A stretch of 64,000 nucleotides of DNA, taken from positions 320,001-384,000 of the forward strand of contig OZ220733.1 in assembly GCA_965116875.1 (NCBI GenBank), in the 5' to 3' direction. Source of the DNA: Candidatus Latescibacterota bacterium. Its GTDB lineage: Bacteria; Latescibacterota; UBA2968; GCA-2709665. Numbering within the stretch: the first letter of the stretch is position 1; each line of letters begins with the position of its first letter. The notes under the pieces are model-generated. The model ran no database searches and had not been told where the DNA came from. It worked only from the letters and a program-made list of their open reading frames with translations. Positions 10,108 to 20,010 of this stretch are shown piece after piece. The position numbers and the translations under genes were made by a program.

Positions 10108-10123
10108 AGCGAAATTCGTGCCA
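10108..10123 (-). promoter_or_regulatory. Putative sigma54 (-24/-12) promoter upstream of the TolC operon
   Basis: Minus strand TGGCACGAATTTCGCT (GG-N10-GC), one mismatch to the TGGCACG-N4-TTGCW consensus. Confidence 0.6.
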
Positions 10124-10149
10124 CAAGACTGTGAATCTGCAACACATAC

Positions 10150-11406
10150 TCAGGCACTCAACGCTTCGACGATAATGGTCTGAACACGCCGGGCCACTTC
10201 GACAGCGTCATGCCGTTGCACGGCTGAAACCCGGGCGGCCGAACCCATTCGTCGTCGCAATTCCCTGTTCTCAATCATTTTGATGATGGTATCCGCGAGG
10301 CCGGAGACGTCGTTCGGCTTCACCAGGAATCCATTGTAACCATCCCTGATCAACTCCGGTACACCGCCTGTTGCAGATCCGACCACCGGAGTTCCAAGTG
10401 CCAGAGATTCGATAACGCTTCTGGGACAGGGGTCGGGCGCCACGGATGGTACCAGCGTGACGTCCATGTCTTTCAAATACGGTCGGACGTCCGTCCGGAA
10501 TCCCGTAAACAGAACCCGTCCGGAGTACCGTCCGTTGGCCACTTCGCGACGATAGCGATCCAAAAGGTTCGATGACCGCTGCGGGCACCCGCCTACAACC
10601 ACCAGAACCACGTCGTCACGCTTCGCCAGCACCCGCTTCATTGCCGACAACAGGGTGCCGATCCCCTTCCACTCTACAATTCGTCCGACAAAGCCCAGAA
10701 CCACCTCGTCCGGTCCGATTCGGTACATCCTGCGCACGCACCCCTGAACGGTTTCCGGATTGAAACTGACCAGGTCCGCGCCATTGTACACAACCTGAAC
10801 CTTGTCCTTTGCCGACGGAAAATTGCCTGCGCACGCCTCGGATACCGCGACAATTCTTGCCACGCTGGCAGACCGCGCGAGTTGGTCGAAGAACCAACCT
10901 CTGAAGCTCTTTCCGTAAAGGGTGCGGCAGTGCCAGATGACCGGTGTGCCGCACACCATACCCGCCACGGTGCCCATGAACTTCACCATCATCTGGTTGC
11001 AGTAAATCAGCCCGACGTTTTCCTGGGCGACCACGCGAACCAGATCGAACGTAAACCGTATGCTGTCGATCGCGTTCAGGACCACCGACGCCATTGTGCA
11101 GATGCGGTTCCGGCCCCTGAAGCGCATCTCCGCGAGACGCTCCTTCAACCGGGGTTCGATTCGGTACGGGACGCGTATCTCCTCAAGCCTGCTCTTCAAC
11201 ACCCCTTCGTTGGGCATGACGACCAGGGGCTCCAGCACACCGCGATCGAGATGTTTCAACAGGTAAAACAGACTGTTTCCTGCCCCTCCACGCCCCGTAC
11301 AACCCGTCAGAAAGAGTACCTTGATCTTTCCGGCGCCCTCTTCCGGGCACAAAACTGGCGACGATTCACCTGCCTCGTCGCCCCTTCCAACGAAACGACC
11401 GGTCAT
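10150..11406 (-). CDS. Glycosyltransferase family 4 (GT-B)
   Basis: VVYNG, FVGRIVEWKG, DPCPRSVIESLALGTPVVGSATGGVPELI. Confidence 0.9.
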   Translation of the reverse strand: MTGRFVGRGDEAGESSPVLCPEEGAGKIKVLFLTGCTGRGGAGNSLFYLLKHLDRGVLEPLVVMPNEGVLKSRLEEIRVPYRIEPRLKERLAEMRFRGRNRICTMASVVLNAIDSIRFTFDLVRVVAQENVGLIYCNQMMVKFMGTVAGMVCGTPVIWHCRTLYGKSFRGWFFDQLARSASVARIVAVSEACAGNFPSAKDKVQVVYNGADLVSFNPETVQGCVRRMYRIGPDEVVLGFVGRIVEWKGIGTLLSAMKRVLAKRDDVVLVVVGGCPQRSSNLLDRYRREVANGRYSGRVLFTGFRTDVRPYLKDMDVTLVPSVAPDPCPRSVIESLALGTPVVGSATGGVPELIRDGYNGFLVKPNDVSGLADTIIKMIENRELRRRMGSAARVSAVQRHDAVEVARRVQTIIVEALSA

Positions 11407-13037
11407 CAGTTCAGCCGCCTGATAATGTGATACCCCAGGGGTGTCTGAACGACCCCGCTGGTCTCACCCACCCGCAACTTCAGCACCGCTTCCTCGAACG
11501 CCGGATTCAGATCGCCTGGTGAAAAAAACCCCAGGTCGCCCCCGGTCTCCGCAGAGGTATCGCTGGAGTGCTGACGCGCAAGTACTCTGAAATCCTCGCC
11601 CGCCTCGAGTTTGTTCAGGATTTCCTGCGCCTCGACTTCGGTTTCCACGAGAATATGGTACACCCAGAGTTTTCCTGACTGTATCCCATCGATTTCATCT
11701 ATCTTCATCTGTGCCGCACCCGCGATTTCTTCGTTCGGGCTGTATACGATGGCTTTTTCGAAGGCACGCCTGGCTTGATCGAACGCCCGCCTCGAAGTCA
11801 GGGCGAGACCGATATTGAAGAGAACGCCAGCGTTCGTGGAATCCACCGCTAAAGCCCTGTTGTAGACCACGAGGGCCGAGTCCAGATCTTGCTGACCCGC
11901 GTAGATCAAGGCAAGATCACCGTATGGCTCGAGGACGTTCGGGTTCGAACGGATCGTTGCTTCCAGCGCCGACTTTGCCTGCGCGATGTCTCCCTTCTGC
12001 AGGTAAACCTGCGCCACACCGTTCTCGAGACGCGCGCGTTGCGATTCAGGCGCAATCTCCATAAGCAAACGATACTCGTTCAGCGCGAGGTCCCATTTCT
12101 GCTGAACCGTATACAGGCGTGCAAGCGCTGAGCGGGTATCCAGATCCCGAGGTTCCAGCCGAGACACCTTCTCCCACGCTTTCCGCGCAATCTCCAGTGA
12201 GTCCACCTCAGCCGCCATCTGACCCATGGAACGATGCACCTCGGGATCGTCCGGCGCCAGCGAAGCTGCCTGCCGGTATGCGGCGAAGGCTGCCTCGGTC
12301 CGGCGCATCGAATGATAGATGGCGCCCTTGTTCACCAGCAGGGAGACGTCGTTCGGACTCTTCTCGAGTTCCTTCTCCAGAACCGAAATTGCCCGTTCGT
12401 ACAACCGGTTCGCATCCTGAGGTTTACCCAAAGCGCCGTAGATCTGACCCTGATTAATCATCAGGACCACACTTTCAGGGTTGTTCTTCAGTCCCTCATC
12501 AAAAACCGAAAGCGCTTTGTTGGGGTCTTTCAGCGCGACGTGTACGCCAGCCAGGGACTGGTAGGCTTCTATATTTCCGGGATCCAGGGAAATCGCGGCC
12601 CTGAGGTCCTGAACCGCCAGCCCGGGATTCCCGGCCTCCTGATAGAGTATCGCCCTGTCCATCAGCAGGAGTACGGAATTCGGAATCTGCGTTATTCCGC
12701 GGTTCAATACGTCCAGCGCCTCGCGTCCCCTGTTGAGCTGTGCATGAATCCTGAATAGCGCATCGTAAGGCGCTTCAAGATCCGGCCCCAGCTCAATCGC
12801 CGTTTCAAAGGCTTCGATTGCGCCTGCCGGCTGTCCCAACTGTGCGTACACCATGCCGAGGACGCCGTGAGCGTTCGCGCTGTCAGGAAATGTCTTTGCG
12901 AACAGTTGAGCCGTTACGAGCGCGGAATCGGCTCGTCCGTGAGCGCCATGCGCGCCGATTTCCGCCAGGAAGTCCCTGGCGGTCGCGCCCTCACACCAGA
13001 GAACCAGGCAACACAAGACAACAATCGTCCGTTTCAA
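11406..13037 (-). CDS. Secreted TPR-repeat protein with a C-terminal PpiC/parvulin peptidyl-prolyl isomerase domain
   Basis: Signal peptide, many TPR repeats, then HILV...GEDFRVLARQHS.D...GGDLGFF...FEEAV...QTPLGYHII. Confidence 0.88.
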   Translation of the reverse strand: MKRTIVVLCCLVLWCEGATARDFLAEIGAHGAHGRADSALVTAQLFAKTFPDSANAHGVLGMVYAQLGQPAGAIEAFETAIELGPDLEAPYDALFRIHAQLNRGREALDVLNRGITQIPNSVLLLMDRAILYQEAGNPGLAVQDLRAAISLDPGNIEAYQSLAGVHVALKDPNKALSVFDEGLKNNPESVVLMINQGQIYGALGKPQDANRLYERAISVLEKELEKSPNDVSLLVNKGAIYHSMRRTEAAFAAYRQAASLAPDDPEVHRSMGQMAAEVDSLEIARKAWEKVSRLEPRDLDTRSALARLYTVQQKWDLALNEYRLLMEIAPESQRARLENGVAQVYLQKGDIAQAKSALEATIRSNPNVLEPYGDLALIYAGQQDLDSALVVYNRALAVDSTNAGVLFNIGLALTSRRAFDQARRAFEKAIVYSPNEEIAGAAQMKIDEIDGIQSGKLWVYHILVETEVEAQEILNKLEAGEDFRVLARQHSSDTSAETGGDLGFFSPGDLNPAFEEAVLKLRVGETSGVVQTPLGYHIIRRLN

Positions 13038-13122
13038 CCGACCGCCTCCATTTTAAAGAGTTATTTCCAGGTTTCTTCCCGATTACCACAGATCGCTCCG
13101 GTTCCGTTCGCCCTCGAAACCC

Positions 13123-13151
13123 TTGACATGCCACTGGAATCCCTTTATTAT
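13123..13151 (+). promoter_or_regulatory. Putative sigma70 promoter for the DUF1648-DMT genes
   Basis: TTGACA-N17-TATTAT, near consensus. Confidence 0.65.
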
Positions 13152-13332
13152 GCCGTGGATTTCGACTCGCCCGGCACGGCGCGACGGGTTGCGATTTCAG
13201 GGTGCGCAAGCCGCGCAGCACGTCGACCCGTCAAACTCACGGCGACGATAAAGTCCGGGCCGCCAAAGGTGACTTCCAACCGGAATCCCCGGCCCGCGAC
13301 GACCACGCCCCCCAACGCACGGTTCTCCCAGA

Positions 13333-13956
13333 ATGAGCGTCCTTCAACGGGACCCCATTGCCGCCATCCTTCTCGCGTTTCTGGCGAGCTATCTGGCCTA
13401 CGACCATCTTCCGGAACGGATACCGGTACACTGGAACGCGTTCGGACGGATCGACGCTGAGTTGAACAAACGCGTGGGCGTTTTTCTGCATCCCGGCGCA
13501 ATGACTCTCGTCTATGTGTTCTTTCGTCTGATCCCTTTTGTTGACAGGAACCGCGTGCGCCAATTGAAAGACGTCGGTCTCTACGATCCATTCCGAAACG
13601 GAGCGGTCCTCCTGTTCGGCTACAGCCATCTCCTGTTGTTGGGCATCGGCCTCGGGTGGATAGACCGCGGGGCGAACCTCTTTGCCGGCCTGCTTTCACT
13701 CGCCGCCATCCTGGCGGGAAATCACGTCAAGAGCATACGCCCCGCCCGGTTCGATCGTCTCCTTCACGGGATCGGCGTTTCCAGCGCTCCACCCGCGCCG
13801 GCTTACGTCTGCAACGTCCTGATCCTGAGCGGAGTGATCGGGCAGGCAGGCACTGCAACGGGCACGCTGCAACTGCCGTGGTTTCTTGTACCGCTGGCCG
13901 TCGGATACGTTCTCTTACGCCGCCGCTTCCCCACCGACCGGACACCGGCGCCGTGA
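13333..13956 (+). CDS. DUF1648 / SdpI-like membrane protein
   Basis: YDHLPERIPVHWNAFGRID motif followed by several TM helices. Confidence 0.75.
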   Translation: MSVLQRDPIAAILLAFLASYLAYDHLPERIPVHWNAFGRIDAELNKRVGVFLHPGAMTLVYVFFRLIPFVDRNRVRQLKDVGLYDPFRNGAVLLFGYSHLLLLGIGLGWIDRGANLFAGLLSLAAILAGNHVKSIRPARFDRLLHGIGVSSAPPAPAYVCNVLILSGVIGQAGTATGTLQLPWFLVPLAVGYVLLRRRFPTDRTPAP

Positions 13957-14840
13957 ACGTGCTTAACGAACGCCTGACCCTCCAGGCGGCCGGCCTCGCC
14001 CTGATAACCGCCATCCTGTGGGGCGGCAACTCCATCGCGATTAAAATCGCCCTGGACGGCCTGCCTCCGCTGGCCCTGGCGGCCGCCCGCTTTCTTCTGG
14101 GCGGGCTGGCTGTCGTCCCGTGGGCGCTTTTCTCCGGCGTCCCGCTCCGGCCCGAAACCGGCGAAAGGCGAGGTCTGTTCCAGCTGGTTCTGCTCTTCGT
14201 CGCGCAAATCTACCTGCTCAATGCCGGCACGAATATCACGACGGCCGGCCGGTCGACCGTCTTTATATCCACGTATCCGTTTTTTACAGCCGTCTTCGCC
14301 CACCTGTTCATGCCTGGAGACCGGCTGAGCGGCCTCAAGATTGCAGGAATGACCCTCTCTTTTGCGGGTGTCGTGCTCGTCTTTGTGGACAGCCTGACCG
14401 GTGGACGCATGGGCTATCTGCCGGGAGACGTGATGGTTCTGATGAGCGGTCTGCTGCTTGGCGCCCGGCAGGTCTACACCAAGAAGCTCACCCAGACCAT
14501 CCATCCCGCCCGTCTTCTGTTATGGCAGGCTGCGCTCAGCCTGCCGGTGTTTATTCTGCTGAGCGCCCTGCTGGAAGACCTGAATACCACCGGCATCAGG
14601 CCGGGCATCGTCGGTGCAATCTTCTACCAGGGCCTGGTGGTTGCCGGCTTCTGTTTTCTGGTATCCGTAACGCTCCTGCGACGCTTCAGAGCCAGTCGCC
14701 TCGGGGCGTTCGGTTTCGTCACGCCCGTTGTTGGCGTTGTGTTCAGCAACCTGCTGCTGGGAGAGGTGATCTCGGCGACACTTCTCATCAGCGTCCTGCT
14801 GGTCGGGATCGGCGTTGCCATTGTCAATACGGAGACCTGA
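13953..14840 (+). CDS. DMT/EamA family transporter
   Basis: LWGGNSIAIK, PLALAAARF, about 10 TM helices in two repeats; GTGA start/stop overlap at 13953. Confidence 0.88.
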   Translation: MNVLNERLTLQAAGLALITAILWGGNSIAIKIALDGLPPLALAAARFLLGGLAVVPWALFSGVPLRPETGERRGLFQLVLLFVAQIYLLNAGTNITTAGRSTVFISTYPFFTAVFAHLFMPGDRLSGLKIAGMTLSFAGVVLVFVDSLTGGRMGYLPGDVMVLMSGLLLGARQVYTKKLTQTIHPARLLLWQAALSLPVFILLSALLEDLNTTGIRPGIVGAIFYQGLVVAGFCFLVSVTLLRRFRASRLGAFGFVTPVVGVVFSNLLLGEVISATLLISVLLVGIGVAIVNTET

Positions 14841-14905
14841 AGCCGGTCATTGGCTGAGCTTCCACGATTCACGTTCCTGACCCGGCCTGATGGCGTTTCA
14901 ACCGC

Positions 14906-16249
14906 TTACGCCGCACCTACCATGACGAACGCCACGTCGGCGACGTTGGTTCCCGTGGGACCGGTCATCACCAGATCGTCCAGCGGCTGGAAGAAGTGGT
15001 ACGAGTCGTTGTTCTTCAACGATTCGATCGCGGAGAGCCCCGCTGACTCCGCGCGTGTGACCGTTCCGGCATCCGCGATCGCCCCGGCCGCGTCTGTCGG
15101 GCCGTCGGTTCCATCCGTCCCGCCGCTGAACAGCACCGTCCCCTCCCATCCGGACAGATGCATGGCGCCCGCGAGCACCAGTTCCTGGTTCCGCCCTCCC
15201 TTGCCGTTGCCCCGAACGGTAACCGTCGTCTCGCCGCCCGCAATCACGCAGGCAGGAGCCGCCACAGGCGCCCCCGACGTGAGAATCTCCTTGCCGATTG
15301 CCGAATAGACGTGCGCCACCTCGCGAGCCTCGCCCTCCAGGCGCGTTGACAGCACCAGCGTATTGTACCCCAGATCCCGGGCACGGCCGGCTGCGGCAGC
15401 CACCGCCAGGCCGTTGCTGCCGACGATGACGTTGTGACATCGCTCCAGCACGGCGTCTCCAGGTTTCGGGGTTTCCGGAATCTCACCCGCCAGGCCCGCT
15501 TCGAACCGCTTCCGCACCGCTTCCGGCAGGCGATTCGAAACTTCGTATTTGTGAATGATCTCAACGCAGTTCTTGAACGTGGACGTGTCGGGCACGGTCG
15601 GACCCGACGCGATGACGTCCATAGGATCGCCGATGACGTCCGACAACATGAGGGACACGACCGTGGCCGGGAACGCAACGCGGGCGAGACCCCCACCTTT
15701 TACGCGGGATAGATGTTTACGAACCGCGTTCAACTCCACGATATTGGCGCCGCACTCGAGAAGCAGCCGGGTTGTGTCCTGTTTCTCGTGCAGCGATATG
15801 CCCTCGGATGGCGCAGGCATCAGCGCCGACCCCCCGCCGGAAATCAGGCATATCACCAGCGTCCGGTCGTCAGCACCCTCGAGGGCGGCGAGGATTTCCC
15901 CCGTGCCCCTGACACCCGCCTCGTCGGGAACGGGATGGCCGCATTCAACGATGCGAATCCTGTCCAGGGGCTCCGCATGCCCGTACTTGGTATTGATGAC
16001 TCCGTCCGAAATCCGGTCGCCCAACTCCGCCTCGAGCGCGACACCCATCCGCGGCGATGCCTTTCCGGTGCCAACGACGAGCACGCGCTCGAAGGACTCC
16101 AGGTTGTAGGCCGCGCCCCCGATCCGAAGCATCCGCCCATCCAGTCTCACGAAACGCTTCAGGCACTCCTGCGCGTCCACGGCAGCCACCGCCGATTCAA
16201 AGATCGACGCCGCGTCGGCGCGCATACGGGCAACCGTGAACTCGCACAT
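14906..16249 (-). CDS. Glycerate 2-kinase (MOFRL/TtuD/GckA family)
   Basis: GHPVPD, LISGGGSAL, RKHLSRVKGG, IASGPT, GGETTV..GKGGRNQE, GTDGTDGPT, TGPTGTNVAD. Confidence 0.93.
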   Translation of the reverse strand: MCEFTVARMRADAASIFESAVAAVDAQECLKRFVRLDGRMLRIGGAAYNLESFERVLVVGTGKASPRMGVALEAELGDRISDGVINTKYGHAEPLDRIRIVECGHPVPDEAGVRGTGEILAALEGADDRTLVICLISGGGSALMPAPSEGISLHEKQDTTRLLLECGANIVELNAVRKHLSRVKGGGLARVAFPATVVSLMLSDVIGDPMDVIASGPTVPDTSTFKNCVEIIHKYEVSNRLPEAVRKRFEAGLAGEIPETPKPGDAVLERCHNVIVGSNGLAVAAAAGRARDLGYNTLVLSTRLEGEAREVAHVYSAIGKEILTSGAPVAAPACVIAGGETTVTVRGNGKGGRNQELVLAGAMHLSGWEGTVLFSGGTDGTDGPTDAAGAIADAGTVTRAESAGLSAIESLKNNDSYHFFQPLDDLVMTGPTGTNVADVAFVMVGAA

Positions 16250-16297
16250 ATCGAATGCTCCTCGAATCCGCAGACCAGCCTGTTCCGGGGCCGGCGG

Positions 16298-18649
16298 CTA
16301 TTGCCGTATGTCGAAAGTGATGGCCGCCCTGCCCGACTGCCCGCTGTTTTCGTCGGTTACCGTAATCCTCAGCATCTGCCTTCCCGGAACAGTCGCTCCC
16401 ATGTCCAGCTCGAGGTACGCCGGTTCATCCGTCCGGGTTCCGACATGCTCGTATTCGATGCTGATGACATTGCCGTCCTCTCGCTGCCCGATCAACCGCC
16501 CCAGCCCACTCAATATCCGTGCACCCACGTCTGTCCTGCGCAAGGACCGAATCTGGTACGAAATGCGATATCGCGTCGCCCCGAATTCGTCTCGTGCGAG
16601 GTTGTAAATTTCGTAATAGATGAACACCGGTTCGCCAGGCCGGTACGCCCGGGACGCCATAGGAATGACTTCGATATCGCCCTTTACGAAACGTCCGCGA
16701 TCGGCCACGTCGATTCGCGCGCCCATTTCCACTTCACTCAGTGAAAGCGGCCCCGCGGGGTACGCCTTCAGAATGCGATCTTCCCTGTATATCTGAGTCC
16801 TGCCCGAATTGCGGTCCATCACCTGCACGTCCACCCGGTAGGCGCCCGGCGGCAACAGCACGCGATCGATCTCCGGAATAAATACCCCGGCAGAGGTATC
16901 CACGACCCCGGAAGCCCGCAGGACCATCTCGGCGTCGGAACGATGTACGAGCCTGTTGTCGCCGTCGTAGACTGCAACGCCCCGGACGAGGTTCGCCAGC
17001 CGCCCGGCGACGCCATCGAGAAACGCAAGATCCCGGGTTGGAATCCCGTAATAGACCTCCATCGCCGACTTGTCGTCCTCACCCCGAAACGAGGCCGTAT
17101 AGAAAAAGAAATCCAGCGGTCCCGTCGCAAAGGTGGGCCGGTAGGCGGTCGGCTGCCGGGCCACCTGATTGAGCAATACGGTCTTCGGGTTCATTCTCTG
17201 CCAGATTCTTGTGATCCGACCGGTGCCCAGCGGCATTCTGGCGAACTCGTACGGTCCGGGAAAATTGGGCTGCACGAATGTCATTTCGATTCCCGATCCT
17301 ACGTTGACGTAGATCCAGTACTCCCATATTCCGCTAACAGGATACACCGGCCGACCCAGTATGGATGACTTGGCCACGTCCCCAAGGGATCGGGCTTCGT
17401 CTTTCATCAGCTTTGCCCCCGCTGCCCCTGCCGACACAGTCAGGCGATCCTTCACAACCAGCACCCGGGGGTCCGTCTCGAACCTGACGTCTCCGGACCG
17501 GCTGACGTGATCCGGTTCCCCGAAACGCACGTATACTTCCCCGCGATCGTCCCACGGGAACTTGTGCTTTCCATGGTTCTCCCGCGCCACGGCCACGCGG
17601 CGGTAGTGCTCGACCAGCCGCTCGTTTGCCGCGGATGCCGGCGCCGGGTCCTGCCAGACCCAGAATTCCTCAGCCGCAGCCTTGAGTTCGTCCAGAGATT
17701 CGGCGCCGGAATCGTCTGCGGCATTGGATACCAGGCTCAGGTCGTAATACAGCCGCTGCTCGTCAGGTTCCAGACGGTTGATATAGGCTTCGAACAACGC
17801 CTGCGACCGTTCGAAGTCCCGGCGCCTCTGGTGAATATTCGCCAGTTCCAGAACCGCCCGTCGCTCGTGGCGGTTCGGTTTCTGGACAACCGGTCTCAAT
17901 TCAACAATGGCCCGGTCGGTTCGGCCCTGCATTTTGAGGACGATCCCAAGCCGTAACCGGGCCTCGTAGTGGTGTGGATTCACCGAAATCTGACTCAGGA
18001 ATGCCTTTTCGGCCTTCCCGTACTCGCCCTTCGCTTCTTCAATCACGCCGATCCGAAACAGCGCGTCCGGGTGGCCGGAATCCATCTTGACAACCTTGCG
18101 GTAGGCGCCGAGCGTCTCACTGCTGCCGAATCGCCGATACGTCTCCGCCAGATTGTACTGCGCTTCGACATAGGCTTTATCCGCCCGCAGCGCATTACGG
18201 AACGCATCGATCGCCCGGCGAAGCGATTTTGGCCGGCGCCCCAGAACGAGGCCCAGGCCGTTGAAGGCGGGAGCAAAACGTTTCTTCTTGCGAAGCGCCT
18301 GCCGGAACATTGCTTCCGCGGCATCCAGGTCACCCCGTGCAAGATGGATGTGCCCGAGGCCCACATAGGAAGGCGCGTGTTTGTTGTATGCGTTTATGGC
18401 CGACTGGAACAGTTCGGCCGCTTGCCCGGATGCCCCTTCCGCCTCCTTTGCGACAGCCTGGCTGTAAAGCGCCTCGGCGCGGGCAAGGGCTTCGTTGTCT
18501 TTGGCTTGCATCTGCGCCGGGCCGGCAAGCGTAAAAGACACGCACAACACGAGCAGCCATCCCTGTCGTTTCACCACCCGCCCCCATGGCGCTATGACAC
18601 GTGTGAAGGGGATCTGCATGATTTCAGTGCCCGGAAGTTGCGTACTCAT
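16298..18649 (-). CDS. Secreted TPR + GWxTD-domain protein
   Basis: N-terminal TPRs; EEFW..QDP.P....NERLVEHYRRV..A...PWDDRGEVYVRFGEPD resembles the GWxTD family; beta-rich C-terminus. Exact start uncertain. Confidence 0.8.
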   Translation of the reverse strand: MSTQLPGTEIMQIPFTRVIAPWGRVVKRQGWLLVLCVSFTLAGPAQMQAKDNEALARAEALYSQAVAKEAEGASGQAAELFQSAINAYNKHAPSYVGLGHIHLARGDLDAAEAMFRQALRKKKRFAPAFNGLGLVLGRRPKSLRRAIDAFRNALRADKAYVEAQYNLAETYRRFGSSETLGAYRKVVKMDSGHPDALFRIGVIEEAKGEYGKAEKAFLSQISVNPHHYEARLRLGIVLKMQGRTDRAIVELRPVVQKPNRHERRAVLELANIHQRRRDFERSQALFEAYINRLEPDEQRLYYDLSLVSNAADDSGAESLDELKAAAEEFWVWQDPAPASAANERLVEHYRRVAVARENHGKHKFPWDDRGEVYVRFGEPDHVSRSGDVRFETDPRVLVVKDRLTVSAGAAGAKLMKDEARSLGDVAKSSILGRPVYPVSGIWEYWIYVNVGSGIEMTFVQPNFPGPYEFARMPLGTGRITRIWQRMNPKTVLLNQVARQPTAYRPTFATGPLDFFFYTASFRGEDDKSAMEVYYGIPTRDLAFLDGVAGRLANLVRGVAVYDGDNRLVHRSDAEMVLRASGVVDTSAGVFIPEIDRVLLPPGAYRVDVQVMDRNSGRTQIYREDRILKAYPAGPLSLSEVEMGARIDVADRGRFVKGDIEVIPMASRAYRPGEPVFIYYEIYNLARDEFGATRYRISYQIRSLRRTDVGARILSGLGRLIGQREDGNVISIEYEHVGTRTDEPAYLELDMGATVPGRQMLRITVTDENSGQSGRAAITFDIRQ

Positions 18650-18944
18650 ATGCAGGGAAACCGAACGCCGGGTTTAGCGGCCGGGAATGCGGTTCCTCGT
18701 ACGGATTGCTTTTCGTGCCTTGCAGCCGGCGCCGAACAATGCCGCCGCCGCGGGCTAATGATACAAAAAATCCTCGGAAAACACAAGCTCGGCCCCCCGC
18801 AATATCGTACTGCGTCTGCCTGTTCAATACGTTCGTGCAGGTTCCGAATTATTCCCGGTCCACTGCATTGCGCGGAGGTTTGACCCGTCGATGAGCGCGA
18901 CTCGCATCCATAGCGTCAGTCCCCCTGGAACCGCCAGCCGCAGG

Positions 18945-19874
18945 CTACCGCGAAACGCCACGGCCCGCTCCTTCATGTATGCGAAGTCCGATCGTTTCCA
19001 GATGTATCTCCAGGAATCTCATAAACGCCGCGGCCGCCCGTGAGAGACGCCCCCCGTCGCGGCGCACCATACCCACCCGGCGCACCGGAAGCCCCGTCAC
19101 TCGAATCGCGGTCAACCTGCCCGATCTCACCTCATCGCGAACCGATACTTCGGGTACGACTGCGACTCCAAGGCCGATTTCAACGAAGCGCTTGATCACT
19201 TCAATGCTGCCCAGTTCCATGATGACGTGCGGCTGGAGTCCCTCCGCTGCGAACATCCGGTCCATCAGACCTCTGCTGGTACTGCCTCGCTCCAGCATCA
19301 ACATCGCACAGTCGCCGAGCTCATGCAGATCGACCGTTTCCGCCGACGCCAGACGATGCGCCGCACTGGAAATGGCTACGTCTTCTCTGATGAACAGCGG
19401 CCGCGTCCGCACCCTTGGTTCCGTTACCGGAAGCGTTGCCAGTCCGAAATCCACAGCGCCCTCCAGTACCAGCCGCACCACCTCAGGGGACATACGGTCG
19501 GTGAGGCGGATTTCGACTCCCGGATGTGCCTGTCGGAAGGCTTTAACGGCGGGCGGCAGGACATAGGCGCAGTTCGTATCGCTGGTTCCAATGCTCAGTC
19601 GCCCCGTGCGAAGCTGCCCGATGTCCGCCATGTCCTGACGGATCCGATCGGCCATTTCCAGAATGGCCTCGGCACGCGCGAACAGAAGCCGACCCGCCTC
19701 GGTCAACAGAATCTGCTTGCCGCGCCGTTCGAACAGGGCTTCGCCGAGTTCGTCTTCAAGCGCCTTCACCTGAAGACTCACCGCCGGCTGCGTCAGGAAC
19801 AGCTTCTCCGCTGCTCGAGTGAAGCTCTTTTCGCGCGCGGTTTCGACAAATCCCCTAAGCCGATCCAGATCCAT
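18945..19874 (-). CDS. LysR family transcriptional regulator
   Basis: SFTRAAEKLFLTQPAVSLQVKALEDELG HTH plus substrate-binding domain. Confidence 0.95.
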   Translation of the reverse strand: MDLDRLRGFVETAREKSFTRAAEKLFLTQPAVSLQVKALEDELGEALFERRGKQILLTEAGRLLFARAEAILEMADRIRQDMADIGQLRTGRLSIGTSDTNCAYVLPPAVKAFRQAHPGVEIRLTDRMSPEVVRLVLEGAVDFGLATLPVTEPRVRTRPLFIREDVAISSAAHRLASAETVDLHELGDCAMLMLERGSTSRGLMDRMFAAEGLQPHVIMELGSIEVIKRFVEIGLGVAVVPEVSVRDEVRSGRLTAIRVTGLPVRRVGMVRRDGGRLSRAAAAFMRFLEIHLETIGLRIHEGAGRGVSR

Positions 19875-19954
19875 CTGTCAGTACCCCACAGTGCTGCGGA
19901 GACAAATCGCAAAAAGCAGGTGGCTTTGCCTTCCCGCCGTGAGACCTTGCAAGA

Positions 19955-20010
19955 TTGCATAAAAATATAATATAATAAAAATAATATTAATAAATTTTTT
20001 TTATCTTAAG
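19955..20010. promoter_or_regulatory. AT-rich divergent control region with a LysR-type box
   Basis: Almost pure A/T tract in GC-rich DNA, containing ATAA-N7-TTAT (19990-20004), a T-N11-A dyad. Confidence 0.65.

Noticed and set aside
13195-13225. SRP (4.5S) RNA-like TCAGG...GCAGC segment
   Set aside because: It lacks the correct GNRA-capped helix 8 and AGCAG symmetric loop geometry.
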